This document shows, piece after piece, positions 13,592-26,556 of a DNA stretch of 64,000 bases. The stretch spans positions 69,130,001 to 69,194,000 of the forward strand of contig OZ024747.1 of the NCBI GenBank assembly GCA_964016885.1, read 5' to 3'. The notes beneath the pieces are model-generated. The model had not been told where the DNA came from, made no database searches, and was given only the letters and a program-made list of their open reading frames with translations. A program made the position numbers and the translations under genes. The DNA comes from Eledone cirrhosa (Eukaryota). Position 1 is the first letter of the stretch, and every line of letters begins with the position of its first letter.

Positions 13592-14149
13592 ATTATATAT
13601 TGCATTATTTTTCAAAGATTTAATTTTGTTTTAATGTATCTGTCTCTCTCCCTTTCCCCTACACACACAATTTGCAATTTACGTTATTTACACTTTATTC
13701 ATCATCGCTACTGGTCCTCACCGCCGCCACCACTCACTAAAATTAATGCTAATGATTTCATCTATTGCATAAATTAAATGTTGTTCGCGACATAATCCCG
13801 GAGTAAACACGCGAGACTTTATAATCGTTAGAATATGATCGATTTTCGGAGAAAACTGATTCAAAATGCAAAAAATGTTTGTCACTGTGTGCTGCACAGA
13901 AAATTTAATCAATAATTCACCACTAAGATTTTAGAGAAAAGTCTGTAATATTAACATTAAATTGCCATAATGACTGCTACTGTTTTCTCGCATACACAAG
14001 GAAAGAAAGTGTTGTTTATTGTTACAAAAACACTACAAAAATCACCAACAACAATGATAGAAGCAAAATAAAATTCCATCGGAACATGGAACAACATAAT
14101 CATCACCATCACCATCACCATCACCATCACTATCAAGATCCTCATAAAA

Positions 14150-14895
14150 AATAATTGTTTCTACTTTTGGCACAAGGCCAGCAATTATCCCAGTGCATTA
14201 CTGGTACTTTATTTTATTGACTCCGTAAGGATGAAAGGCAAAGTTAACCTCAGCGGGATTTGAACTCAGATCGTAAAGGACCATAACTCTATACTGCAAA
14301 GCATGGTGTCTGGAGCTCTACCGATTCTGCCAATCCACATAGGCACAAGGCTAGAAATGTAAAGGTGTGAGGAGAAAGACGATTAAATCAGCCCCAGTGA
14401 ATGCCTACTAATTTATATTTGTCGACCTTGAAAGTATGAAAGGTAAAGTTGACCTCGGCGGGATTTGAACTCAGATTGGAAAGGGACGTAACTCTATGCG
14501 TCAAAGCATGGCGTCCGACCCTCTACCGATACTGCCAATCCACCGCCCTGGTGGATAATGAAATAATGGTTTCTAAATGAGGCACAATTGAGGGGGCTTC
14601 TGGAGTCGATTAAATTGACCCGAGTGCGTTCCAGGTACTTTATATTATCGACTGTGTAAAGATGAAAGGCAAAGTTAAACTTGGCAAAATCTGAACTAAG
14701 AACGTAAAGGTACGAAACAATATGCCACAAAGAATGTTGTCAGACGTTCTGCGACCAACTCACCACCAAGAGAATAATGTAATAATCATTTCTAATTTAG
14801 GCACAAGGCTTATATTTTGTGGGGAGGTGAAGGTTGATTAAATCGACCCCAGTGCTTTATTTTATCGACCCCGTGAGGATGAAAGGCAAAGTTAA
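14150..14895 (-). mobile_element. Cluster of about 4 family A SINEs
   Basis: Repeated core motifs in head-to-tail order. Confidence 0.8.
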
Positions 14896-15362
14896 AATAA
14901 ATGTTCGTCGGGTTTACTGTGCCTGTATTTGAAAAAACCCAGTCATGTCACATATTGTATTACTCTGAATATTCCTGTGACTTACGATAAAGGAGTACAT
15001 GTTTCTTGAATGTTCAGACACTTACACACTAATTTCATGAACAGTCTGTTCCGTTGCTCGAACAGCCGGAACACTCATCGTCGAAACCGACAGAAGACCG
15101 TCGCTGCAAATACCAACCTTTTTGGCAGGAGTTCCATTTTGTAGGTAGATTACTATCATATCCATGTAGAGATTTATCCCTCATTTAGGGCATGTTATAA
15201 TAAGAAAGCCATATAATTACATTCAAGGGACCAATAATATATTTATTATCTATATTAGTTTGGAGAGGGGGAATATCAGAACCCACTAGAGTGCCGACTA
15301 AACGAACAAAAAAAATCTATTCAAAAGCGTTTTATCCAGCTTGCTACTTGGTCAGCATAGAC

Positions 15363-15580
15363 CAGGTATGTCAAAGATGCGGCCCTTTACAAGCACACCT
15401 GCGGCTCGCACAAAGGTTTTTACAGCGCGGGCATGTTTTATCTTGGTAAAATTAGTTTTAATGTGCACAATTAGTTGCCGTGTGTGACCCTCAGACAACA
15501 CACATGTGACCCATGTGACCCTCAGACAACACATATGTGACCCATGTGGTCTTCGGGGGACCCTCAGTTTGACATGCCTG
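15363..15580. mobile_element. hAT (Charlie-like) MITE
   Basis: TIRs caggtatgtcaaa / tttgacatgcctg; 8-bp TSD gcatagac (15355-15362) / gtatagac (15581-15588). Confidence 0.85.
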
Positions 15581-15642
15581 GTATAGACAGTTAACGCTGC
15601 AATGTAGATGCTGATGCTTCCTTCATCCTGCAGTGGATCGAA

Positions 15643-15769
<127 letters not shown>

Positions 15770-15964
15770 GCTTGATAGATAGATACATACATACATACAA
15801 TGGAACAGTAAAAATATGTAAAACATTTCAAAAGTTTTGCATCTAATAACTGCATATACACATCTACAGGTACAAAGCATATACACATGCACACATACAA
15901 CTCAAAACATCCACATCCACACATACAATAACATCCATATCTACACATGCATACATACATACAT

Positions 15965-16075
15965 ATCTACCTAGTTGATGTTGTGTAAATTCCAATGAGA
16001 GAGTCTTATGTCTATGTTAGAAACCGACTCTCTCTATTGGGAAAACTTTGTGAAATTATAAAACCAGAAGAACAT
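15965..16075 (+). mobile_element. Retrotransposon 3'-end fragment ending in (CATA)n
   Basis: Homologous to the reverse complement of 20745-20845 (tgttagaaacc/tcg..ctct..attgg...ataaaaccagaa.aacatacatac). Confidence 0.6.
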
Positions 16076-16127
16076 ACATACATACACACATACATATATA
16101 CATACATACATACATATATACATATAT

Positions 16128-16735
16128 GGTGGCTGCCAACTCGTTTTCGAGTACGGCCACTACTTTATATCCATGTAGGAGAACCCCTACCGATGCGCTG
16201 AACGAGTGTGACTTTTTAGTCCAGCCAGCGACTTGAAAACTCTGGTACAAACACTACACTTGTGACAATTACTGACACATAGTGCTGGGCCCATGGTACC
16301 ATGTGACGACAAGTGCAGAGAGATCTCCAGATATAAAGCAATGCCTGTGCCGTGAAGCTTTTATAGTGAGCAAAGGCACTGCACAAAGCCAGTCCCACTC
16401 TCTTAACCAAGATGATATTTACCAAAAAGAAGAACAAGTCAACATCATTGGATACCATCAGGGTTGCAGGTGTTATATCAGAGTTTTCCTTCTCCTAGAA
16501 TTCTGCCTTGACAAAGGCTAAGGGGTCATCTCTCCCGGTGATTTTGGATGGCCATTGACTCTTAAGAGCTCCTTTGCCCTTTGACAGGTTTTGTTTTTAG
16601 TCCTGCAGGATGTCCAAAGTCACCCTCCTCACCAAGAAACCTTGGTGGGGTTGCCAGTTTAGTCGCCAACGACCCGACCATGGGACAGGTTGTACTGGGA
16701 TACATGTTACCAGTAGCACCAACTGGTGACCTGAC
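16128..16735 (-). mobile_element. RTE-like retroelement 5' UTR fragment or derived non-autonomous element
   Basis: Minus strand contains ttagcctttgtcaaggcagaattctaggagaaggaaaactctg, which resembles my recollection of RTE-clade 5' UTRs. GC-richer than flanks; bounded by (CATA)n-type tracts. Confidence 0.5.
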
Positions 16736-16769
16736 ATATACATATATACATACATACAAACATTCATAA

Positions 16770-17058
16770 ATTACTGGTACTCCGTCGGTTACGACGACGA
16801 ATGTTCTAGTTGATACGATCAACGGAACATCTTGCTCGTGAAATTAACGTGCAAGTGGCTGAGCATTCCAATGACACGCGTACAATTAACGTAAGTCTCG
16901 GGGTGACTCGGCGTGACACAGAATGCGACAAGGCCGGCATTCCGAATTACAGGTACAACTCATTTTTGGCAGCTGTGTGGATTGGTGCAACATGAAATAA
17001 AGTATCTTACTCAAGAACACAACGCGGCAGCCAACTTCCCTAACCACTAAGCCATGCG
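16770..17058 (-). mobile_element. Family B SINE
   Basis: Minus strand head cgcatggcttagtggttag, core tgtgttcttgagtaagatactt; 3' body similar to 14910-15100 (+). Confidence 0.7.
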
Positions 17059-17914
17059 ATACACACACAGACACACACACACACATACATACATACATAC
17101 ATACATACATACATACATACATACATACATACATACATACATACATACATACGCGCGCAAGCAAACATACACACCCACAGATGATTGGGTTGCTATTTCT
17201 AGCAGTCCGAGTCAGTAAGAAGCCACAAGCAGAATTTCTTATTTCTTTCCAACTTATAAAAATAATCTGTTACCGGAAAAAAAGATGTCAGGCTGGCATC
17301 TGTGACTATATTGATTAGTGAAAGACAAACGACAACAACAACAACAACAGCAACAACAATAACAACAGCAACATCAGCCCACCACCCACACTCCCACCTA
17401 CACATTGAGAGAAAGTAGAGAGCTAATTGAGGAAAACAAACGGCTAGTATTTCAGTTTGCCATGGAGATGAATTGTAACGCCATGGTATTGGTTTTGTTC
17501 TGATTTAGAAGGAAATGTCCCCTGATATATTAAGAAAGAAAAAAAAAAATATATATATATTTTGGCTAGCTGGATGGAATAAGCAGCCAAAGCGGTGTGA
17601 GGAAGCCTAGTATACTGACCAGTGAACATGACAGCAGGAGGTAGTGGACAAAGAAGGAGACAGTGAGTTGACATGACAGAGAAATGTGTGGATGTACATG
17701 TATTTGAGTTAGTATATGTGTGTGTATTTCTTAGTGTGGTTTAGATCTATACGTGGTTCAAGTGTGTGACGACTGTCCTAGCTTTCGTGTTGTGTCAATA
17801 TACTATTGCATCGCTGTATACCTTGTATGTATGTTATCTCTTTCTCTTAATTTCGAGTATATTTTTTGACCGGCCACCTTCCTGGTGGCAAGGTTGTAAA
17901 AAGAAAAGAAATTG

Positions 17915-18703
17915 TCATCCCTTGAATCGCAAGAATGTTTTGCAAATTTTGAAGGTGCCAGCTATCGCAGCCATTTGTAGACTATGAATTAGGGAGCTGC
18001 GCTCTTTGTCCGCAAATCCAAGTTCAGTCATACTTTGGTCCAAGCGGGTTTGTATATAACCCGTAGCTCCAATAATGATGGGTATGAAGCTAAAGGTGTA
18101 TCTTGGATACTGGATTTGTAAACTCCTCATCAATGGTCCGTAGATGTCCTCCTTCTCCTGTATTTTTCTGACAACGTTTACATCAAGTGGGCAGCTGATC
18201 TCCACAACAGAACACGTTTTCAATGTGTGGTCCCAAACAACAATATCAGGCCGGTTGTGCTTTAATTTGGCAGTTTTTATTTTCAGGTTCCACCAGTATT
18301 CCTTAGTGCCATCTGTCTCAATATATTCTTCCTCGTTTGTTGTTAATTTTATTTTCCGAAGTGCGTTCCAGATGGTTCTAGCTATCCCATCGTGTCTCAT
18401 GGGGAGGTAGTAGCGAGATGACATTCTTTCGCAGCTGGCAACAATGTGGCTTACATCTTCGATCTTTGTTTTACATAGCCTACATTTATTGTCAGCTGAT
18501 GGCCCTCTTTTGTGCAGCAGATATTTGGTAGGGAGTTCTTGTTCCTGTATTGCATAGAGATATCCCTCAAGGTGCGATGTCATAAACTTGTCGGAACTCC
18601 ATACCAGGCTTTTTATCCCCTCTATGGTCTGTGTTTTACGTCTCAAGTATCCATGCACAACTTTTTCTGTAAATTGGTCAATTTTTTCATCTTGTTTGAA
18701 CAT
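17915..18703 (-). pseudogene. Zinc-knuckle plus restriction-like endonuclease fragment of the R4/Dong element
   Basis: 262-aa ORF: HGY, EGYLYAIQEQ, CRLC-HIVASC, RHD, HNRPDIVVWD, EISCP, K..KEDIY, PIIIGATG. Confidence 0.9.
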
Positions 18704-18906
18704 TGAATAGGATCTTCCGATTTCTCTGGGTGAGAGATTTATATCAGGCTTTATTCCATATCTCTGCTCGAGATCAGTGGCTATCCTAATGATATTTTTT
18801 TTTTCATGCTCATAAACCTGGGAATGTTGGTTGCCAACCTTTTTTCTCTGTTGAAGATGTTGCTTCAGTGTTACTATCCGGGTCTCATATGATGTTAATA
18901 TGGATT

Positions 18907-20142
18907 TTAGACCCCGGCCACCTTCCTTGCGTGAGAAGTATAGCCTATCACATCACCATTTATGTTAAAGTTCCCAGTATCACTGAGAAGTTTGCGAGTT
19001 CTAACATCCATCTCACTTAGTTCTTGCAATGACCAGTTCAGCAGGCCAAATGTTGGCGTTAGAATTGGCACAGCATAAGTATTGTGGGCAATGTATTTGT
19101 TGTACGCTGACAGTTCTGATGACCATATTTTCTTTACTCTTCTGAGGTATTCAGTTCTGGTTCTCTCCTTATTTATGGATCCATCATATCTGACATTCTC
19201 ATCCTGTCCAAGATATCTGTAGTTGTCACCTGACTGTAGAGGTTGTATTGTCAGGCCGTTCATCTCTAGATTTCTAGAGGAGGGCACAGCTCTTCCACGT
19301 TTTACTGCCAAATATGCACACTTGGACTCACCAAATTTCATTTTGATATCTGTTGAAAATTGTGTAATGAGGTCCAATTGTTTCTTGATGTCATTGATAT
19401 TTGGCCCATACAACTTCAGGTCATTAACAAAGAAAAGATGGGAGATACTTCTGGACCCACTTCTTTGTCCACCTCGTTTCCTGAGTAGGTAAGATAGTGG
19501 ATTTAGTGAGAGAACGAAGAGTAGCACTGACAAGCTATCACCCTGAAAGATGCCCTTCTGGTAATGTATCTTATCAGTCTTAACTTGCTCCTTCTCACCT
19601 CTAAGGATCAAATTCGTGTACCAGTTCTTGGTCAGACGTTCAACAGCAGCTACCAGTGGTTGTGGGACTTTGGCTAACTGTAAAGCCTTAACAATCCACC
19701 CATGAGGTACACTATCAAATGCTTTTTGATAGTCCAGCCACACCACAGTCATGTTTCTGAGATTCTTTGTTGTTTTTTCTTGAATTATTTTATTAGTTAG
19801 TAGGTGATCTATGCAACCCCACACCTCCCTCTTTCCACCAGCTTGCTCAGGTGTTATGATGTTGTTGGTAGCACAGTGATCCTGTAAGAACAGGTTAAGA
19901 CACCCAGTATATAATTTATACATGATGTTTTGGCAGGCAATTGGGCGGTAATTTTTAGAAAGGGTGGTTTGACTATTTTTGGGAATGAGGAGAGTAGTGG
20001 CAGTTGATAACCATCTGGGCAGTTCTTGTGTGCCTTTAATGGTTTCTGTAAACAGCCGTATGAGATCTTGCCGATAGAAAGTGAAATTCTTCAACCAGTA
20101 TCCTGTAATGAGGTCTGGGCCTGGTGATTTCCTATTCGACAT
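18907..20142 (-). pseudogene. Reverse transcriptase ORF fragment of the R4/Dong element
   Basis: 411-aa ORF. Catalytic motif reads FVND instead of FxDD. In-frame stop upstream at 20242-20244; frameshift near 18945 (DRLY...EGGRGL continues in another frame). Confidence 0.88.
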
Positions 20143-20396
20143 TTTCTGTAGAGCTGTTTCCAGTATTGACCCATCTATGTCATATTGTTTTGTCTGGACA
20201 TGTTGGTAGTAGTCCTGTTCCAGTTCTTTTAGCCATTTAGTTTATCTGTTGAATCCGTCATCCGTTTCCCATACAGATCTCCAGTAGCTCTCAACCTGCT
20301 CTTTTGAAGGGGTGTCATTTACAGAGATTGAGCTTTTGCCACCGAAGCTGCGATAAACTGATTTAGGATCTCTGGCAAACAATCTATTCCAACATT

Positions 20397-20745
20397 TATG
20401 TATGTATGCATGTATGTATGTATGTATGTATGTATGTATGTATGTATGTATGTATGTATGTATGTATGTATGTGTATGTGTGTGTATGTACGTATGTATG
20501 TACGTATGTATGTTTCTCTTTCTCTTAATTTCGAGTATGTATGTATGTTTGCATCTATACATGTACGTATGTTTGTACGTATGTATCATATATACGTATG
20601 TACGTGTGTATGTACGTATGTTTGTATGTATGTATGTATGTATGTATGTATGTATGTATGTATGTATGTACGTACCTATGTATGTATGTGCGTACCTATG
20701 TATGTATGTATGTATGTATGTATGTATGTATGTATGTATGTATGT
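20397..20745. repeat. (TATG)n microsatellite with embedded element ends
   Basis: Direct reading. Confidence 0.95.
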
Positions 20746-20845
20746 TTTTCTGGTTTTATTATTCTATAAATTTCCACCAATACAGAGAACGAGTTTCTAA
20801 CAAAACCAAGATTCTTTAACTGGAATTTAGACATCAATGAGGTAA
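20745..20845 (-). mobile_element. Retrotransposon 3'-end fragment, same family as 15965-16075
   Basis: Pairwise similarity by eye; ends in (CATA)n on the minus strand. Confidence 0.6.
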
Positions 20846-22042
20846 ATACGCGCGCGCGCGCGTGTGTGTGTGTGTTTGTATTTGTGTGTGTGTTTGTATT
20901 AATCTTTGTAGATATGTGTGTGTGTATAACGCTGTGTGGGTGTGTGCATGTATGTGTGTTATTGCATGTTTAGAACTGTATGTATTGAGTTAAATGTGTA
21001 CATGTGTATATATTTCTGTATCTATACATATGTATGTATGTATGTATATCTGAAGAAAATAATTGATCATGAGTTCCTACGAATTGGCAGACATTTTAGT
21101 GTGTAGGACAAAATACCTTGTGGTATTTCCACCAGTTCTTTGTGATCTGAGTTCAAATCCCGCTGTAGACAATTTTACCTTCCAACATTTCGTGGTCTAC
21201 ATAAGGTACCTGTGCTGAGCTTGGTGGACTGATGGACTTGTCACAGCATCGAGTATGGTGCCATGCAGTGATTGTTCTGATTCTATGCATTCTAAGTTTG
21301 TGGCTTACTTGGGTGGTAGTCTCGATTAAACATCACAATCTAACTCTTGAATACTTTTAACAGATTCCATTCCCTTGCAAATATTCCGACCTAGTTCGTT
21401 GATTTTTTAAGCTTACCTTTCTCCCTCTTCCCTAAAACCCGTCTCGTGTGCATTCCTACTACACTCCTTATTCTTTTCAGGCCGCGCCTTTGATTATAGG
21501 TCTTGACTTGGGGCTAAACAACAACAACCCCACACCAATGAGTCAACGACAAACGTCTGGTTGGTCAGCTGACCTAGCAGAAATAGCTGTTAAATCTCTT
21601 TTGAGTCTCTCCTTACCTTCCTAGATAAGAAACGGCCACGTAGATAATGTAAAACCGAAGTACTCCCCCAAAAGATTGGGTGATTACTGCTGGAACACCT
21701 TTCATCACAGGTTTGTTCAACTAAGGATGACTGAGATAAAAGGTAATAACAACGCTTTTACATGGTCGACTTACATGTTAAAATAAGAGTCAATTCTACT
21801 CCGAATTGCACACTAGTTTCTTAAATAATAAAGGACACATTGCATAAAGTGACATTAGATGTGCAATATCTTAAAAAATAAATGTCACAACTGTAAAATC
21901 AATCATTATGTTTGAACAAGCAGTGCCGACCTAGGGCTAAACGAGGACATCTAAAACGAAAGGTGGCGCCGATAACAACAAACGCAACTTCAGGTCTAAA
22001 TAATTATTTTGCTAAAGTTTACAGAACAGTTGACATTATTTC

Positions 22043-22420
22043 GGTGAATTGGCAGTATCAGTAGAGGGCTGGACGCCATGCTTTCTAGCATAGTTACGTC
22101 CCTTTACGGTTTGAGTTCAAATCCCGTCGAGGTTAACTTTGCCTTTCATCCTTACGGGGTCGATAAAATAAAGTACCAGTAATGTACTGGGTAATTGCTG
22201 GCCTTGTGCCAAAAGTAGAAACAATTATTTGAATATTGGCAGTATCGGTAGAGGGTCAGACGCCATGCTTTCCAGCAAAGAGTTACGTCCCTTTCCATTC
22301 TGAGTTCAAATCCCGCCGAGGTCAACTTTGCCTTTCATCCTTACGGGGGTCGATAAAATAAAGTACCAGTAATATACTGGGTATTTGCTGGCCTTGTGCC
22401 AAAAGTAGAAACAATTATTT
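22043..22420 (+). mobile_element. Tandem dimer of family A SINE, short form
   Basis: Two ~185-bp units, each ending gtagaaacaattatttgaat. Confidence 0.9.
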
Positions 22421-22502
22421 GAATGTCAGACTCTCTCTCTCTCTTTCTCAGTATCTATCTCTCTCTCCCTCAGTCTCTCCCCTCTCTCTCTCTCAGTCTC
22501 TG

Positions 22503-22583
<81 letters not shown>

Positions 22584-22743
22584 CTCAGATGAGCTGTCTG
22601 TAAACAAGAATTAGTTTTCGTGGATAAGAAGGTCAGATCCATAGTAAGAAATTCTTCGAACGAATCTGTCATTTGGTTTTGGCAAACTATACAAAATTTC
22701 AAATAATTCAATTGCATTCAAATAAATTATTCATCTAGTCCCT

Positions 22744-22828
<85 letters not shown>

Positions 22829-23549
22829 AAACGTATATGAGTAAAAGAGCAGTAACCCATTACATTTGTCTATCCATGAAACTCAAGGTCCCCTAGTGGC
22901 AAAAATTACTAAAAATAATCAAATATGCCACCAATATATTACTGTTATGTATTGTATCGAAGAAATTCCTCCAACAGATTATTAAAATGAAGAAAGAAGA
23001 AAAATGAAAGAGCAAAACAAACAAATAAGAGAAATAAGTTGAAACCAAAACTGAAAGAAGAGGATAGAAGAATAGACAGACCGCATGTGGGTATGTAATG
23101 AAGAAGGGGGAGAAGGGGAAGAAGAAGAAGGAAAAGAAGGAGGAGGAGAAGGAGGAGGAGAAGAAGGAAAAGAAGAAGTAGAAGAAGACGAAGGAGAAAA
23201 AGAAGGAAAAGAAGAACGGGAAGAAGAAAATAATAATAATAAAAAGAAGATAAAGAAGTCTAAGAAGAAAAGGAAGAAGAAGAAAAAGAAGAAGAAAATA
23301 AACAACAAGAAATAAAGAAGATAAAGAAGAAATAATGATTATTACTTTAAGCAAAGTGGGGGGGGGGGGGGTTTCAATAATTTTGGAATGGGAAGAAAAG
23401 AATCGATTAAATCGGCTTTTGTACTCAACTGGTAGTATTATATTGTGGGGTCCCTGGGATGGTAGAAGTTGACATTGGTGGACTGGGATTAAAGATTGAC
23501 ACAAGATGAGAGAAAGACAAATACTAAGGATACTAAGAAAGCAACGAAA

Positions 23550-23551
23550 AT

Positions 23552-23600
<49 letters not shown>

Positions 23601-23644
23601 GCTACTACTATTACTACTACTACTGCTACTACTATTACTGTTGT

Positions 23645-23697
<53 letters not shown>

Positions 23698-23757
23698 TTA
23701 CTACTACTGCTACTACTACTACTAGTACTACTACTACTACCACCACCACCACTACTC
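23550..23757. repeat. (TAC)n microsatellite, preceded by a (GAA/GGA)-rich tract at 23100-23335
   Basis: Direct reading. Confidence 0.95.
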
Positions 23758-24603
23758 GAAACATTACGCCCTCCTCCTCCACTTTTCAAAGAATGAGATA
23801 AACGTAAAAGATATTGGAGAGAATCTCGACTGACTTATTTCTTCATAGACGCAGTTTGAGCGTCATTTCTGTATGAGAATTATTATGATTAGTTAGCATT
23901 GATCAGTGTGATAAGATGGCGGCATTAGTTGTTCGCTATGACTGCTGTAGAAGACTTGTGTAAATCATTATTGACATGGATGCTAAGTGGCAAGAAAACA
24001 TATATTTTAAAACCATGAAAGCTTTTAGAGAGAAGCGGAAGATTTCGGAAACCCTGACGTGAATCTGTATTGGGAATCACGTGTGTATCAGTGGCGAAGG
24101 GTAACCTGGAAAGTAGGGCATGCAGTCCAATCGCCATGGCGGAAAGTGGGCCTGTGCAGCCTTACCCCACCCCCATACCCTCTAAGTGACCCTCCCGGTC
24201 AAAGCCGCATGTAGTGTTATCTAATGTGTGTGTGTGTGTGTGTGTGTGTGTTGTCTTTCTATGTGTCTACGATTTAGCAAGCACGCAACATTCTGCTTGC
24301 TTCAACCGACGTTGTCGTGTGTTTGTGTGTATGTGTGTGTGTGTGGGGTGTGTGTGTGTGTGTGTGTGTGTGGGGGGGGGTTATCTGTTTATGTATCTAC
24401 GATTTAGTAAGCAGCCAAAATTCTGCTTGCTTCAACCGACACAATTGATCAACTCAAGATGCTATAACGCATGCGCGCACCCTTCGGGCCTGGTGTGTAT
24501 ATGTATATAAACAACCAACATATACTCAATATATATATATAATATATATATATACATATATACATATATACATATATACATATATACATATATACATGTG
24601 TGC

Positions 24604-24641
<38 letters not shown>

Positions 24642-25414
24642 TATATATATATATATATAAATCTAATTGTGTGTATTTGAAAGATATATATATATAAACA
24701 TATATATAAAAAAAAAAAAATATATATATATATATAATCTTTCAAATGCAGACATTTATATTTATATATACACAGACACATTTATATATATACATATACA
24801 CACACTTGTATATATGACTATATGTACACACATATACACACATAATCATATATCTACAATCTCTCTCCCTCTCTCTCTACGCACATACATATACATATGG
24901 TGACATGTTACACACACACTCACACACACATATATATATATATTATTTATCTGTTTACCTATAAGTCTTAGACACTCTTAAAGAAGATGAGATGGTTATG
25001 GCTGGAATGCATTTGATCATAGGTTTACTTGATCTAGGCTAAACTGTAGCTAAATAACCACAACTACAACATTGTTAGCTCATCATTATAGGAGACTGAA
25101 TGGCGTTCATACATTCCCCAAGAGAAAGACCCAACTGAATGGTATATCGTAGCTACAACTGGTAATTCATATCTGGTCCCGTAGTCAGTTAGCACCCTGT
25201 CTCGGTGTCGTAGTTGGAGGAATCATAGACAGTGCTGATCCTGGTCGGGTGTAGGGTTCCCGGTAAACCTTTCCCCAGTGAAACTTCTACTCCTTCTACA
25301 ATTCGCACAAATATTTGCCTTTCCATACAAAAGCTTAAATGAAAGAAGGACATTGAAAAGTTTCTGCATTTCTCAATAAATATTAGAAGAACAAGAGAAC
25401 TACTGCTGTTTGAA

Positions 25415-25634
25415 AAATAATTTCTAGTATAGGCACAAGGCCAGTAATTTGGGGGAGGGGAAAGTCGATTAAATCGACCTCAGTACGTTACTGGTGCTTT
25501 ATTTTATCGACCCCCGTAAGGATGAAAGGCAAAGTTAATCTCGGTGGGATTTGAAATCAGAACATAAAGGGCCGTAACTCTATGCTGCAAAGCATGGCGT
25601 TCGACCCTCTACCGATACTGCTAATCCACCGCCT
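25415..25634 (-). mobile_element. Family A SINE, full length, long form
   Basis: Head, core and tail present, including the ggggagggg/gtcgattaaatcgac segment. Confidence 0.88.
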
Positions 25635-26478
25635 TACGGCAGAATGAAAAATGAAACTCATTCAAATATGTGAATTGAAACCAACTCTCCGAGCTGGTAC
25701 ACTACGACTGTATATACATCAATAGCCGGCTCCTGAAAGGGTTACTTCATTGTTGGTGTGTCGTTTAGTTTCATATAAGCACCAGTTGAGCAAATCTGTG
25801 ATTAAAGTTAATCCAGCAATATCCACCCCGGGTCAGCGAGTTCTTTAAGGCAGACAGTGGTCTATAGTTTGAAGGAGATTTGGCTGCTCTTTCTAGAAAT
25901 TTGGGCGACTGCACAGAGACTCCTTCATTGGCTTGTGATTCACTTCATGTGTGTTGTCATTGTTTAACTCTAGGCCAGTTCTAGTTAAACAAATCTATAA
26001 TTAAACGCCATTCCAGACATGACTATGCCGTCTTTGGAGTTAACTAGGACTACATTATCCAACGTGTTTTTCTTCTATCTTTTTCTTAAATGATGGTATA
26101 ATTTAATTTGAGTGAGATTTGCCTTCGGGTTTTAGTACGATGAGCAACAACGTAGAGACCTAGTTGAAATAGATTGACAAAGAGTAAACTATCATACACA
26201 GTTGTCGTAAATATAACAGTTGTGAATAGAAAAACTTCTTTTCTGTAACGAGACAAGCCAGTAATGATAATATTTTAATTTATTTAACCAGGAAGGGCAA
26301 CTACATACAGCGTCATTCAAATTGCAATTATATTATGAAATATTAAAAACTAGTGGAGTGGTTATAGAACGGACATGTAGGGATGAATGAAACAAAGAAA
26401 TGGAATCACGGAGGGGCGTCAGGGATTTTGTGCAAATAAATCAGTTTAATACATTGCATAAAAATAAAAATATATATA

Positions 26479-26556
26479 GAGGGTGACCCAAAAAATGTAT
26501 ATCCACTTCAACAGCATTCTAATCAAAATATGTATACATGTTTTGGGGACACCCTG
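26479..26556. mobile_element. Tc1/mariner-type MITE, copy 1
   Basis: Ends (c/g)agggtg...caccctg with TA flanks; same family at 33896 and 49467. Confidence 0.7.

Larger units (their letters stand above)
17835..20395 (-). mobile_element. 5'-truncated R4/Dong-clade non-LTR retrotransposon (RT + RLE)
   Basis: RT motifs KSPGPD, YRPIACQNIMYKL, WLDYQKAFDSVPH, GIFQGDSLS, HLFFVNDLKLY, YRYLG. C-terminal CCHC (CRLC..HIVASC), RH and RPDIV..VEISCP restriction-like endonuclease. Abuts a (TATG)n tract. Confidence 0.92.

Noticed and set aside
18144-19492. Plus-strand ORFs overlapping the retrotransposon
   Set aside because: Antisense shadows of the RT/RLE coding frame.
22893-23801. Poly-Ser, poly-Thr, poly-Leu and Glu/Lys-rich ORFs
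   Set aside because: Translations of (TAC)n and (GAA)n microsatellites.
25092-25184. Exon-like segment (ag|ETEWRSYIPQEKDPTEWYIVATT|gt)
   Set aside because: Weak polypyrimidine tract, no partner exons and no recognisable protein; more likely a repeat remnant.
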